A stretch of DNA of 64,000 nucleotides from Ylistrum balloti (GCF_031769215.1 NW_026782139.1:992001-1056000), one strand, 5' to 3'; shown: positions 41,401-55,100, counted from the stretch's first letter. A program made the numbers and translations. Notes: generated by a model from the letters alone, not told the origin.

Positions 41401-44400
41401 TTAACATTTATCATGATTAATTGCAATGTTTTGTAACAGCTAAACAATTAAGAAATGTATCAACAACTTAAAAAAAGAAACATTAATCAGAAAAAGGTAT
41501 TATTTTTATATGACCACAAATAAAGCGCGGCATAAAACTATGTATTACTGAACAGCACTTTAATTGGCTCCGTTTTCTTTATCTTGCTCTAGGGCCTTGA
41601 ATTAACTTTTCTTGTATTCATTTAGAGTTTATTGTAGGTTTATGAGGCAAATCCATGATATCTACTCATTGTAAAGTTTATGATGTTTTGATGAAACGGA
41701 GAGATTGAAAACGCTTCACCATCTCGAGATACAAATTAACCACTCTTCATTTACATTCCAGTTCACAAAAGATTGTTTAAGTGTGAAGTACTGTCTACAA
41801 TATCTAATAGCGGACTGTCATTGTAATCCTTCCATATTGAAATTGGAGAGTTTAACACTTTCATTAATTCCACAATTTCTTTTAGAGGCAGCTTATGTTT
41901 TCATGTTTCTGGTCAGCAGCAAGCGTTGAAGTGGAAACGTTAGAAGTAAAAGGTCTTTCGATAATCGAATGCGACCAATGGCAATAACTCCATGGAAACC
42001 ACTGATTTACAATGATAACATGCTAAACGACGTTTTATTCTTTGACACACGTGTCGATTCTTATCGGTAGAAAAGGTGAAATTACAATGAAAAATCATTT
42101 ATCACATTGCCACTATTTAACAAACTAAAATAAAAATGTCCTCGAACAATTGAAACACCGTTTCGGCATCGAAATATAATTACAACCATGTTTATTAAAC
42201 AAGAAAACGTTAATGAACAACACAAACGTCCAAAGAAAGACAACGTAGCCGCATTGAAAAAAGGAAACTGAACAAAAAAATTATATTCGTACGTAAACTT
42301 ATTTTCAAGATAATATCTTGTATGAACTAATAATCATCGTATACGCAAATCAAATAATATTGTATGTACAGCTTATTAGCTATGTTATAATACAACTTAT
42401 CCCATACAAATAAGTTTAGGATAGTATATACGTGTTTTTGTTGATACGAATGGTTACCTATATAGCTGAACCTGGGATAAGAACAGCAAAAACAGCTATT
42501 CCAGTTATTTGGGAAAATGTATTTTACGACTGTTTGCGTATTCAAGACAGTACATCGATCTCACAAGTATTATGCGTACAATAACTCGTAACAGACACTA
42601 AGTTATATGTACACTTATTACTTGATTTGATGAAGAAACTTAACCTTGATGTACCAAAGAATCATTAAATTGATTTTTCCTTGAGTGAACTCATCGTTAT
42701 AGTAACTTAATTTAACAATGTCTTATCGTCTTCAGAACACCGAGTTTCATATGATGACTTTCTAGGGAGGAGTTATATGACCTCAGCTGAAGTTATGAGA
42801 GTCAACCAAAGATATGACGCACTAATTTAGTGGAATCTCTTGTTTTACGACTTAAGAAGTCTAGATTATTACCGATATGTTTTATATGGGTTCCATTGAC
42901 TCGATTATCAAATACAATCTCAAAGTGAATTCCAATATCACAGAAATTATTTTATAGATTACAATACCAAGCAAAGCGTTCAGAATAAACACAAAGCAAT
43001 AAGGACAAAATGATTATGGTGGACTGATTGGGATTGATTTCCTGATATCGAACAGGGAATCGTAATTGTGCAGATATCACCCGGATAAATCACAACATAT
43101 TATTAAATATGCCTGCAGATATCGAGATGTAATGACACATGAAAACAAACCTTGGTACCAAATAGTCCCGTATATAGTATTCCTTAGTAAAGGGCTAATC
43201 ATACCATTCCACAGTGCGGAGTCGTCAAAATTGTGTGCTCTACAAATCAAAAGTCACGAAAACAGAATAATATATGTATAAAATAATCAATGTTTTACAC
43301 ACATACCTAAGTTTGCAGTGTAAAGAGGTTTATTCGTCGCGCTATCAAGTGACGCGATATGGTTTAATATTGCTGAAAGTCGTACATGTAAACATATATG
43401 GTCATTCAAGAACGATTTCCTTATGTATTCGAGATGAGTGCATGTGTTTTTCGGAGGCTACACTATGTTCATGTAAGCTTTCACTTGATAGTCCGGTCGT
43501 GATGCATTCCAATAGAGCTTCAGTACTAAATTATACTGTCGATAGCGCTAGCAGTACTCTACATACATTCACATTATACTCAAAACGTGTAAAGCAGTGA
43601 TTGCACTTTCACAAAGCATAGCGCTAAACAGGGAGTAGTAAGTACCATTTTAGATGAAGAATTTTGCACATCTCAGCAAGGCAACTGCACCATAAAATTT
43701 CCACACAGTGACAGGTGCTCGATTAAAAGGTCATACGACAGGAAGTGTCAAGGGAGAATTTAAACATTTATTGAAGTTATATTAATACAAGTACATGTGA
43801 ATGTGATTTATGACACGGCATTTGTAATCTATGCTATCAATTTGCGATGATAACCTCCCGTCATGGAAGTTCCTTGTTACATAGTCATAGAATGATGAGA
43901 ACGTTGACATACCAAGGATTGAATTTTGTTCCAAGATTATGAGTACAAAACACGTTTTAAAATACATTTACTGTGCTAATGTTATTCTGAACACTATCAA
44001 CAGCCAACCGGAGTAAGTTTTGTCTACGTCAGAGGCTCTAACATTCGCGGAAATTTTACTGCATATAACATATAATAAGCAAAAAATCAACATTGTGTTT
44101 ATGCATTAGAGATAATTATAGCTGCTCTATGTTATTTGATAATACCCATCACCCTTTGATAATGGTTTGGGAGTATAGAAATCACATTGCATTCGATTTT
44201 TAATGGGGTCTTCGAAGAAGCTCAGTCGGTATTTCATAATGGATCTAAAAATTTAGAAAAAGTAAAAGTGTACATAAATGGGGTTAATAGACATTACTCG
44301 ACATTAAATCTCGACAATGTATAAAAATAAACATATACGGAACATGCTTTAATCACCGCTTTATCTATAAACTCGAAGCTTTGGATATATCAAACAACTT

Positions 44401-47400
44401 GAATACGACAGCATGATAACCATCCAACAAGAAAGTAAATATTAGAAAGGTTTCCTCAAAATGAGGAAGAGGTTGATCAGTGCCAATACACCAAAGTTGT
44501 ATTACAAAGGTTTAGCACCCTCCACACTCGCGCTCAACACAAACCCTCTTTTCCGATACATAAGACGACCGTCCTCACATAACCACAACAGTTGTTAAGG
44601 CAATAAATAACATAAAATTCAAAACCAAGAACACGATAACATAACATTCAATGGGGTCACGTGATAGGCATAACATTTCTTGTTCAAGGATGGAGACATT
44701 ACATTCATTAACCATAAGTTAATTGCCAAGTACGATAACGAATGATAAAAATATCCAGCAATATTTAAATTCCGGATGTGCCATTTACAATATGATAATC
44801 ACATATGTGTATTATTCACCTTTTCACATTTGGACATTGGGCAAGAGCGTCTTGTGAAGACCACCACTCAATTTTTGTTCCACCAAAATTTGATTCTATT
44901 AGTCCAATCGGATATCCAAATTGTGACGACAGACGCTTTCCGAACAGCCAACATATAGCAGAAAAGCTCGTCAAGGAAGCTACAGAAGATACAAGTGTGG
45001 ATAAGTTGTTGTAATTGTTGTCTGGTGACCAGCCATCACAAGGAAAATCAACCAGACAATATATAATCAATAACGCAATGGAAAATCAGTCCCGGAAATA
45101 ATTGATATGTTATTGATAATGAATCAATGTTTGGATGAAGTTTTATCTTTTGAATAGCATAATATTTTAGGCAACTACTTGTATATTTTAGGATCAAATC
45201 CCTATTTACCATCTTTCAATAAAATTGGTAGCTTTGGTTCATCGATGTCTTTGAATGGTTCTTTGTTTAACAAATAAGATTTTCGTTATCGATAAACTTG
45301 CCACTAACCTATTGCTATTTACATAAATAGATATCAACAGTATTTTATTGATTTCTTACTTATTTGATAAATGTATCTACTCTATATTTCAAAACCTTAT
45401 TAACATTAGCATGAGCATTTTAGAACGATTGTTCTTAAACCTACATTGTGAAGGCTTTGCCCAGGGCACAATGTTATGTGCTTGGAAGTCCTCCAGACTT
45501 GATGATGAATGGAAATGTTGGGCCCTGAATACTCGAACATTTTGGTAGTTTGAAGCGTCCGCGTACTCTGATGTACTATTTATAAGCTTTTGGTAATAAA
45601 ACAAATTCATTGTTATATCAATCAATAACTAGAAAAAGAAAAACGATAGATTTTGTATTTGATGTCGAATTATTACTATTATTCATTGATTAAATATATG
45701 GTATATATGAATGAAAATTTCATGATAGAGTCAACTAATTGGTTTGCTTATAAATCTGAAATAGATTGTTATTAGGTTGGAGATTTAATGTCTATACTTG
45801 CCTGACTGAGTGTGAATTCCATGTTACTTTGGCCAGAGCACAACCACACATCGCCAAACATTACATCATGTAAGGTTATCACACCTAAACTTGATCTCGC
45901 TGTAAGGTTGTACGGACCGTAATTGTGTGATGTCATAACAATCTTTACAACCCAAATCATCCCACCGTTTGTGTCATGAGTAACGTTGCTATGGGCAACT
46001 TCGTGACCATTCAGTGAAACATGGACATTATCTCCTAGTTTCGTTGATTTGCCCCATACAATTGCACCTTGAGGCCCCTTCTGTAAAACTACGTGGTCTG
46101 AGTATGTGGATGCAAATTTAAATGTTGACTCGCATACTGAAAAGAAAAAAAGACATTCAACGATTTTCAGTAACATTTGCAAAGACAGTTGGTTTGATAA
46201 TCATCTACAGGCTTGAAAACAAACAGGGTTGATAGATCTACTGAATTATTCAATAGCGCCCCAAACAAACCTAAATCATGTAATACCGATAAAATGCGGC
46301 AAAATATGGATGTAAAAACAATCGAAATATGTTAAAGGGTTAATGTATTGCTCAAAAGACAAAAAGTAAATAATACCTTTCGGTGAAAACTAAAGATTGG
46401 ATACAACTGAGCAAAAATCAAGAAAGAAAATACCGGCAATTCAACCGAATCTTATATCATTAAAATTAGACAATCAAAGGCAAATAAGAACTAATGATAA
46501 TTTACTCAGGAGCCCGTGTACCGGAAGGGTAGGCGTCTTTTGCTTCGTTAATGACACTCGCGATGTAGATCTTGGTCACACCAACAACGAATGAAACTGC
46601 ATCATACAGATGTTTTGTTTCAAAAGACAGCAATGACAATATAAGTGATTCATGCATGGCACGGACGATAAACTTAGTACTATATAGCAGCCTTCAGTGG
46701 TACTTCATTACCACTTTCATTTCTTTTAAATGAATGAAATCTTAATATTTACGTTTTGCTTTTCCTTTGCTCTTACGGATCGGCTCTTGTGAAAAGTCAA
46801 ACTTTCGTGATGACTAAATTTAAATGGGAGAATTTAGATGCATGAAACATGAAAAGAAAACGATAGGTTAGTGTTCCCGTTTTCACATGGCATGTTGCTG
46901 AATTTCAGTAGTATTCTTGATGTGTTTTAGAGCTTTTTTACCATACAACATTGTTTTTTCATATTGTTAATATAAAGTGATATCATCAACTGTTCCTTTC
47001 TAATTTAACACTGGGTATTGTTTCAGAAAACAAAAAAGCAATATCCTTCTTCAAGCTTGAATTGTTGTATTATTTTCACAATCAGTATCATAGATGACAA
47101 ATGAACTACCACAAACCAGATGTTTACCTTCAATTGTAAATCTACCATTTTTGTCTGCTTACTGTTTTCTAAACTCAATACCTCAAACATTACTGATTAT
47201 TACTACGAAATAAAAACAATGTCAGTGGACTGCTTCTTTACAATCTAAGTTTGAGTTATCTCCCTTGACAAAAAATAATAATCAATGTTTTTTATTTCAT
47301 TTTGGTTAACATATTATAACCAAGGGTAAAAAGTCAAAAATCTAAACTATATCAATAATTATGCAAAATATAACAACACTGAAATTTCAGATGCAATAAG

Positions 47401-50400
47401 ATAAAATATCTTTACTAACAATTTTTCTTCTGTTTATAGCTGCTGAATAATCTCCCTTTTCAATGTATACAAAATTCTGAACTTTACAAAGAGCAATAAC
47501 CCTTCCAATGGTTAACAAATCAAATTGCTACAAAGAATAATGGAAGTCTGTATGCTGTAATAAAGACTGAGACTTACATAAACAGAGCACTTTATGTGAT
47601 CTTTTGATAAAATCATAAAATGAAATTGTCAAAATGGAAAGAACTACTGTATACAAATTCAATCATCATACACCAGAGACAGAGACATAGCTTCGCAAAA
47701 AATCCAAATTTGATTAGTGGAAGAAATTCATTTTATCTATTTCTTCTTTTCTCTCTCAACTTAACCAACAATCCTTTTAAACAAGGATTTTGATGTTGTG
47801 TCCAGTAACGATGAAACATTGCTGATTGATTAATCAATTAATTTGAAAAAAAAAAAAAAAATCCTCCGGTGCACTTGATACAAAGTAGGCCTAGAGGGGT
47901 TGACACCTCTATCCATTTGCGACAACACATTTTGCCTTATAATGTATGGTGATACCGGTGTGATCTGATGCAGCAGTCGAGGTGAACATCTCTGGTATAA
48001 CATAGGTATTTCTTCTTTTGTTGCTGCAAAGGGCTACCATTGTTGTGATGTGGTATGTCCGAGATGAAATTATCAAGAGTTGGGAAACTACTGATAATAA
48101 AATAATTGTAATTCTGCAATGACAGAAGAGAAAATTAAATAACTGAATTACTGACAAGTAAATTTCAATGTTTTCACTGGGGATTTGTTTTCCTTGTATC
48201 TCTATTGCATCTTATTGTTTGCTGATATGCAGTGTGCATTCTAAATTTCAATTCCTTTGACGGTACTTTATCATATATCAGCAATGCATGCAGCGATGAA
48301 GTTGTTGAAAAATTAATTTCATGTAAAAACAACAGTTTTATTCAGGAAAAAACAGATTACACAATAGGCGACAATACCTGATGCCAGCTTTATGTTGGCA
48401 GCCATTACCCTGCTCTTTCCTTTGCCTGTGTCAACATTATTTACATGTAGACAGCAAGTAATCATTTGAACATGGAATCTGAAACACATTTAACAATATC
48501 TTGAGGTACACAATTATAACATACAAATGTGTATATATTTGTTATATATGACATAATTCCAATATTGTTATTGGTAAAGACATGATAAACTAAAACAAGT
48601 CAATAAAGAACCTACTCTGACGCTGGTGTGACTGATACTCTATACAGAAGAGTACATTGCAACAATGCAAATAAATTAATCATATTTATTCCAAAGTATT
48701 CGTTTATCTATCTTTTTAATCGTCATATATGGATTTGCCAACATACTCCTACATGATACATGTAGTGTGTTACATGATTTTGTATTTGTTTACAATAGAA
48801 CAGTAGTTCTATACTTACGTACGAGTGTGTCATGTAATTTTGAGTAGTTGAGTAGTTCTTTGATAAAGAACGGGAGTTTGAGTGATTTAGTAGGAACCAT
48901 AATTAAGGTTGAGGAATTCAAATGCAAACTCAATTGTCATGCAATTTACATAACAAAAAAGTCTTCCTGACACATACCTTTATATAGACAGGAAAACAAG
49001 TCAGCATGTCTGTCTGATCTCAATATCCCCATACCAGCTGAACGGTTCAATCTCTCCTCTCCATGTCTGGTGCATTCATTGTGATTTCTTATGTATAGTC
49101 ATTGTATTGACTGCAGTTTAAATTGGTGTACAAACGGTCACGATCAACAATATATGAACAGTGATCATGGGAATAACGTAACCGACATTCGACCACTAAT
49201 CACGACCCAGACCGACCAAACAGGATGGCTTCCATCTCTGTATAACCACATAGAACACAGTTTCTTTTCATTACATTCACACAGTTTGAGTACATAATTT
49301 TCAAAGACATGTTTGACTCTTGTCACGCTGCCCTGATATCTGACACCGTTAGCACAGTGTTGTTACCTTCGTAGTCTGCTAGTCACGGGGCTACTTATGT
49401 CGTAAATATCAATATTTTTCATAATTAAAACAAAACAAACTATTTTCTATGCTACAGTGACGATTTTGAAAATAAAGGAAACTAAAAGTCAAAATAGTAT
49501 GTACTTTATTTTCTTCGAAATCAACTTCCCATTTACGTTACTCCGCTTCGCTGTCGGATTTATCTCCCTAACAACAGAACACTTTACAACCCGGAAACGT
49601 CACCAAGCAGATCCCTAACTTGTTTTATTTTTCTAATAATATATCGAGGCTGTATATATCGAGTGACTTATCAAAACAGGTTACGATGACCTTAATAATT
49701 TTAGGCATTCATATTCACTTTTAGTTATATGAATTATATCTCAAGTTTAAATGATAATGTGTGTATAGCCTACGTCTCGTACGTAACCTTCAGTATTGGT
49801 ATTTAAGGTCAAAACACATTTATACATACGTCATTCGCACCTCGATCCATGAAAGAAAACTTTAAACCTACTTGTATGATAAGTTTGATGATGTCGATTC
49901 CCCTATTGTGAATTTAGAATTTATTGATGGTAACATGTCTGCTTCCTGAATCTGCGGTGTGTGTCGCACTTGATAAGATGTCCAGGGGATGGTTTCCAAT
50001 ATCAAGGTTTTTTGAAAGGTATCGACATCTGACAGATCAACTAATAACACAGTGTTTCGAGAGATACAAATTGATGGTCTATTTCGTCTTATTTCCGAAT
50101 AGTCCATTTCATTGTGCATTGTCATACCAGGAGACATCATTGTTTTAACCTGACGTACTTGAGTCGACAAAGATTGGTAGATCCTTCCTAAGCACACTGT
50201 CTTATTGTCAGTGTACTTTGCCAATAGTGTACCAGTTAATCGTTATCTTTTTCAAAGTTCCCCCTGCCGCATAATTTCTTTGTTTTGAATAACGTATATC
50301 CTTATATGTAGATAGTGTCTTTTTTTTTGCGGTAGAGTAGTAAAAGATAGCTTTAGGATTCCATCTGTGTTTCAGGTATTACCCTCGCGTCATTCGACTC

Positions 50401-52109
50401 ATACAGAGCAGATAAAATGTTTATTGAGTTTGTCAATAGTTAATAAAGCGGATGAAGTACGAACATGCTGATATTCTTGTACTCGGCATTGATGCAATCA
50501 GATAACAAACTTTCACATGGGTTTTTTAAAGGCGATGAAATAAGCATTTCGTTCGTACAAATCCGATTAAAATGCAGAAACGAATTCTCGTTCAATTACT
50601 CTAAAATATGAACCTTATTTATTTTACAAAAGTTGCGAAACGAGCTTTCAGCTAATATTGATCACTCTTCTTGGCCCGGATGAAAACGCGCGGGGAGGGG
50701 GATGCCGAAGTACTCGGGGAAAACACACGTGGTCGGGCAGGTGATCCCATGCCTTTAACGTCGTTTCAGGAGTCGAACCCCGAGTGAATGATATTTGAGT
50801 AAGACGTTATTTTGTTTACCACAAAATGTCGACAAAGGCTATAGTATTTTTACATGTCAGTCTTAATAAATTGCTCATAATTTTTATAATGTTCCTCACT
50901 CTGAGGTGGAGTGTTATGGAGCGATGATACGGATTTACTCATATTAGCTCTTATGTTGTGACGAAATCGTCAGTTTGACAATTCGCCTTGCAGGTGGTGC
51001 ACATGTTTTTAGAACATGACCCGTTAGGGTGAAGTAGGATATGCATTTTAATCACACTGTGTTCGTTCTGTTGCAACATGCATTACTACCCAAGTAATTT
51101 CCGTAGGTTAAGCATAAACAAAGCTTTGTAATTGCACTAGACACCCATGGCTTCAGTGCTTCATTTGGTATAGAAATTGTACAAACGACAAAAAAGTAAA
51201 TAACACCTTTTTATAATTTAGAGTGTGATAAAGTAGAGCCGAACAATAAATTTGGAAGCCTTGGAAAATCCAAAGTGATCGAAAGAAAGTCAAAATCTAG
51301 ACGGACTTGTAGACGTAATTTCAAACATAAGACCTTTAATTGTGTTAATGGACCATTATAGATGCACTTAAACTGAATTCCACAGATATAAAACTGCATA
51401 TTACCAATATTAAAACTCTCCCAATAACCTTCGTTTTAAAAAATATTGCTTGTGTTGTAATGATCTCGCCATACATATTTCATTGCTATTGTTAATGTAC
51501 TTTCAGATAAACAGTGTAATAAAACGCCTTTTCGTTGTTGAAAATGATAATATTGGAAAGACAGAAACCTTTATTAATTTTAGTTAGATTAGAATAAAAA
51601 CTTTTGTTGTTTATTGTAAAAGTACACTGTTTAGTGTAAAGTGTGAAAAACGTAAACTTTAATCTAAAAAACACATTATTTTACGTTTTAAAGAGGCGAT
51701 AAACCAGTCAGCTCTGTAGGGCCAATGTACTTGCCTTTGTAATTCCGAGTTCATTTTGATGATCTACTTTCAGAGAGAAGATGTCTCTGCTGTCTTCGTG
51801 AGTTCAAGACGGTTGCATTGGTGACAAATTAAATTATTTAAAAAAGTAATAATTTGGTTTTCTACTGAATGACTTCAACTGTATACAGATAGCTGGTGTA
51901 ATATTATCGTTTTGCCTATCGACATGTAATGCTTTTGTTTGTACAGCAAAATTAATCAAGTGACACACGTAAACTGATCCTGTAAACAAAAACAAATATC
52001 ATTTTTCCAGCTAAAACAGATTTCTCAGTAGATGGATAGGTATTGTGTTCTACCTACTTGTCACACATAAGCAGAGTCCGATTATCCACAGACTATGTGA
52101 ACCCGTCAT
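38491..52109 (-). CDS. SIAE: Sialate O-acetylesterase-like paralogue A (496 aa, 9 exons, intron 2 is GC-AG)
   Basis: Exons 52109-52058 (MTGSHSLWIIGLCLCVT, less certain, 5.9-kb intron 1), 46136-45802, 45586-45445, 44979-44820, 43239-43151, 41380-41250, 40491-40337, 39851-39656, 38721-38491. Total 1491 nt, open, same intron phases as B and C. Motifs CSGQSNM, WYQGESN, GFVQLA, DLPD..SPYGTIHP. AATAAA at 38474-38469. Confidence 0.9.
42690..42880 (+). mobile_element. Highly decayed fragment probably related to the 35.3-kb retroelement
   Basis: SYDDFLGRS-like and FY..L..Y-like remnants interrupted by stops. Confidence 0.25.
50685..50790 (-). mobile_element. tRNA-derived SINE remnant (MetaSINE-like core) in SIAE-A intron 1
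   Basis: B box GGTTCGACTCC at 50779-50769. The adjacent gaagtactcggggaaaacacacgtgg resembles my recollection of the metazoan SINE core (ccggagtacccggagaaaacccac); not database-verified. Confidence 0.5.
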
Positions 52110-55100
52110 GTTGAAAGTCTTCTGTCCGCCCGTTATCAGGTATCTTGAGATGTATTCAAGTCTTATCTTAGTGTCTTTCTAATACTCACATGTACTTGAG
52201 TTCACAAATGAATGAACGCATGCGTTATCTGGAGGTAAAGGAATGACATTTAAAAACGTTGTATTTGTATTGATTTACGGCCAATCGACAATCAAGAGTC
52301 TTTAAGGGCCAGAAAAAAACAAAAAAACATGAAACATACAAATCTCAAATTATTAAGCTGAAAAACAAATTATCAAAGTAACACAGGAAACGAACAAGAT
52401 GTAAAATATAGCATGTTTTATGAAGTTTGAGAGCAAACCAGAATTACATATCTGAAAGCAATACGTTGATTACACACCTGACAATTAAGAATCTTCATTT
52501 CATAAAATATTAACCTGTGTTCTATGGATTCGACCAATACGTAAACCCGATAGGAACACTTCCTCTGGTGGGATGCTTTACTGATAACACATGTACTCAC
52601 ATTAAATTGGAAAAACATCATGATGTTTAAAAAAGTGCATTTGCCAAGATTTCAAAAGGCAGCCACCTAAACACGATTAGTATTTTTATTATAAAAAGTA
52701 ACACCAAACACGACCATACTAGGCATGAAACCATTGAAAAACGTTCGTATCTTTTGTCTCAAATTTTCTGTCTTTTGTTTGCTATTTAAAAAAAATGATC
52801 AGATCTTGAATGTAAGCGTAAGCAATATTGCATGTTATGTCACCATGTTTTCAAGTTTAGTAAGATAACGGGGGCGTTACCGTCAAAAATGCTACATTCA
52901 GGAAAATTACCATCCCTAAATGACTTAAACAAATCGATTCAGGGTGAAAAAAACTTAAAATGATTATAATGTTTTGCCATACAAGATTGACTATTGCTAA
53001 TCCTGTAGACATGATGCATCGCTTAATTTGCAGTGCAGTATACGCGCACGTCGGAAGACAAGAATCCCCTGCAGGCACATTTATAACAGAAACAATAATA
53101 TGTATGATTTCATTATGTGAAGATTTCCATTAAGATAAAAAATTGAAATTGAATTGAAATTAAAGTGAAATAAATGCATTCAATTTCCATATTGTTTTCT
53201 TCCGCGTGCCGTGTCTGTATTTTAAAGATATAGACTTCCTCAATATTTGTGTAACATTTAGCAAATGCTTCCAGGAAGTATCTTCTGTAGTCTTTCGAGG
53301 TCTAACCGACCTTAAACGTTCTTGAGCATGCCCGATTTGGTTCAGACGCTACAATGGAGAAACAGTAGGATGGCTTGTTGCCTTTGAAACGTACAGTAAC
53401 TTGCCTGTATGTTATAACATCCCAGACCACGCGGAAGCTTGCCATCTTTCAGCATTTGTCAGTGAACGGTATGTGCTTTCCTTGTCATACGCGTGCAAAC
53501 GCTACATTCGGTGGCAAAGCAAAGAGTACGGGGTACTCGAGTTTAATACGAGTCATTGTTAATTTGGACGTATCGCTTGATAGCAAACGGCAACAAACAG
53601 TAAAGGATACACTGCAAGCGGTGCAAGATAATAAGACAACAAGAAATTAAGGATTGTGATCTCGAACTAATAGTCGATAAAACGAGGGCAAAATATGAAC
53701 AAAGCGAAGGTATAGACGGACATACTTGCAAAAACGCAATGAGAATGAAACCAAATGTTCCGGAAGGGTCTTTGTCTCCTGCTTTATCGACAATGGTTGG
53801 ATCGACTCCGTTGATAGCAAACCGTTTTTTATTCCTTTATAGCCAATATATTTGACTAAGTATGTGTGATATTTTGTCACCACTATATGATTTAATGTCA
53901 ATATTGTTGAATCTGCTACAGATCTACTCCTTTGTGATAACTGATGTTTTATCAGAGCCCATGTGCTTTAACCATTTTATCTAGCTTGAAAGGAATTGGT
54001 TTTGTTAGAGCACTACCTCTTATCATTTTGGGCTTTCGTAACGCGAAAGGTAAGGCGAAATTGTCACATGGGATATAGCAATACGCAACACCATGACACA
54101 CTAGGATAGTTTATAACGCGGGTATCACAACTACAGCAATGTATTGTAATGTCACATGTTGTGGATTATCAAGAGAGCTGGTCTATAAAATACAAATGAA
54201 CATTATTGCCTTTAAAATGATTTGCGTAGAACAGGGAATACAAACCAAATTTGAAAATACAACATCTTTTAAAAGCCTATTCGATGGACAGTTGTGTCTG
54301 TTGGTGTATCTATTAGTTTTCTTAGTCTCGAATCCTTTCTTTTGTGATGAGTATATTTATACAAATATGTGTTTTAGAATGTATTGCATGATAAACAAGT
54401 GTCTTTTTGAACAGTTAGTGAATTGAAATACAGAATTAACTACAATATGAATGTTGCTTCTCCTACACCTACTTCAACCAATTCAAAACCTACTGTGGAC
54501 GTTATTAAGAAGTGTGTTTTAAATCAATGATCCATGCACTGTAGTTCCTCTAAAGTCGTGACATTTCTTCCATCGATGCTTGGTTGCAAGAAGCTAGTCA
54601 TTTGTTGCTTGTCCTCAACATACTTGCAAAATTGCGTCATCAAGCTCAATATTTCACCATACCTGAACATTTACGCCCTTAGATATCACCGAACAAAAGG
54701 TCATTGACCCATTGTATCCGAGTCAACATTGGCAAGGGCGGATGACGTTTGTACTAAATGACACGTTAAATTCTTAGTGAAATAACATCATCAAACTAAA
54801 TGTTTTCAGCGATTTGCATTCGCAGTTTGACGTCTAATGAATAATCACATACATGTGTGAACAAAATTTCACCACCATTGAATTAAAGACTGGAAACGAG
54901 TATTTCTAATAACGCTGCGAATAAATTCTTGTATGCCTTTAAGCTGATTTATTGTTATCACGTTTAAGCTTGTCAGCAGAACTAGAGAAAAGTTTGTGGC
55001 AAAACTTATTATTTTCAGAACGTCTGAGATATTGATTTCGGTGTTGATAGCAGTTTTAGTTTTCCTTCAGCAAATACTATGTATTATGCTGAAATAAAGA

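Noticed and set aside
22842-45014. Plus-strand ORFs overlapping SIAE exons (for example 22842-23063, 27757-27942, 29893-30129, 44805-45014)
   Set aside because: Antisense shadows of the minus-strand exons; their similarity between paralogues simply reflects the sense-strand homology.
46608-46653. Alternative first exon for SIAE-A (MNHLYCHCCLLKQNI, phase 1), and a second candidate at 48378-48405 (MAANIKLAS)
   Set aside because: Neither is a good signal peptide. The 52058-52109 exon (MTGSHSLWIIGLCLCVT) matches paralogue C's MTGxH start and has the conserved upstream AGATAAG.
47909-48157. Minus-strand ORFs with a faint RT-like PTLDNFISDIP segment
   Set aside because: No YADD/FADD motif or continuous frame; too weak to call.
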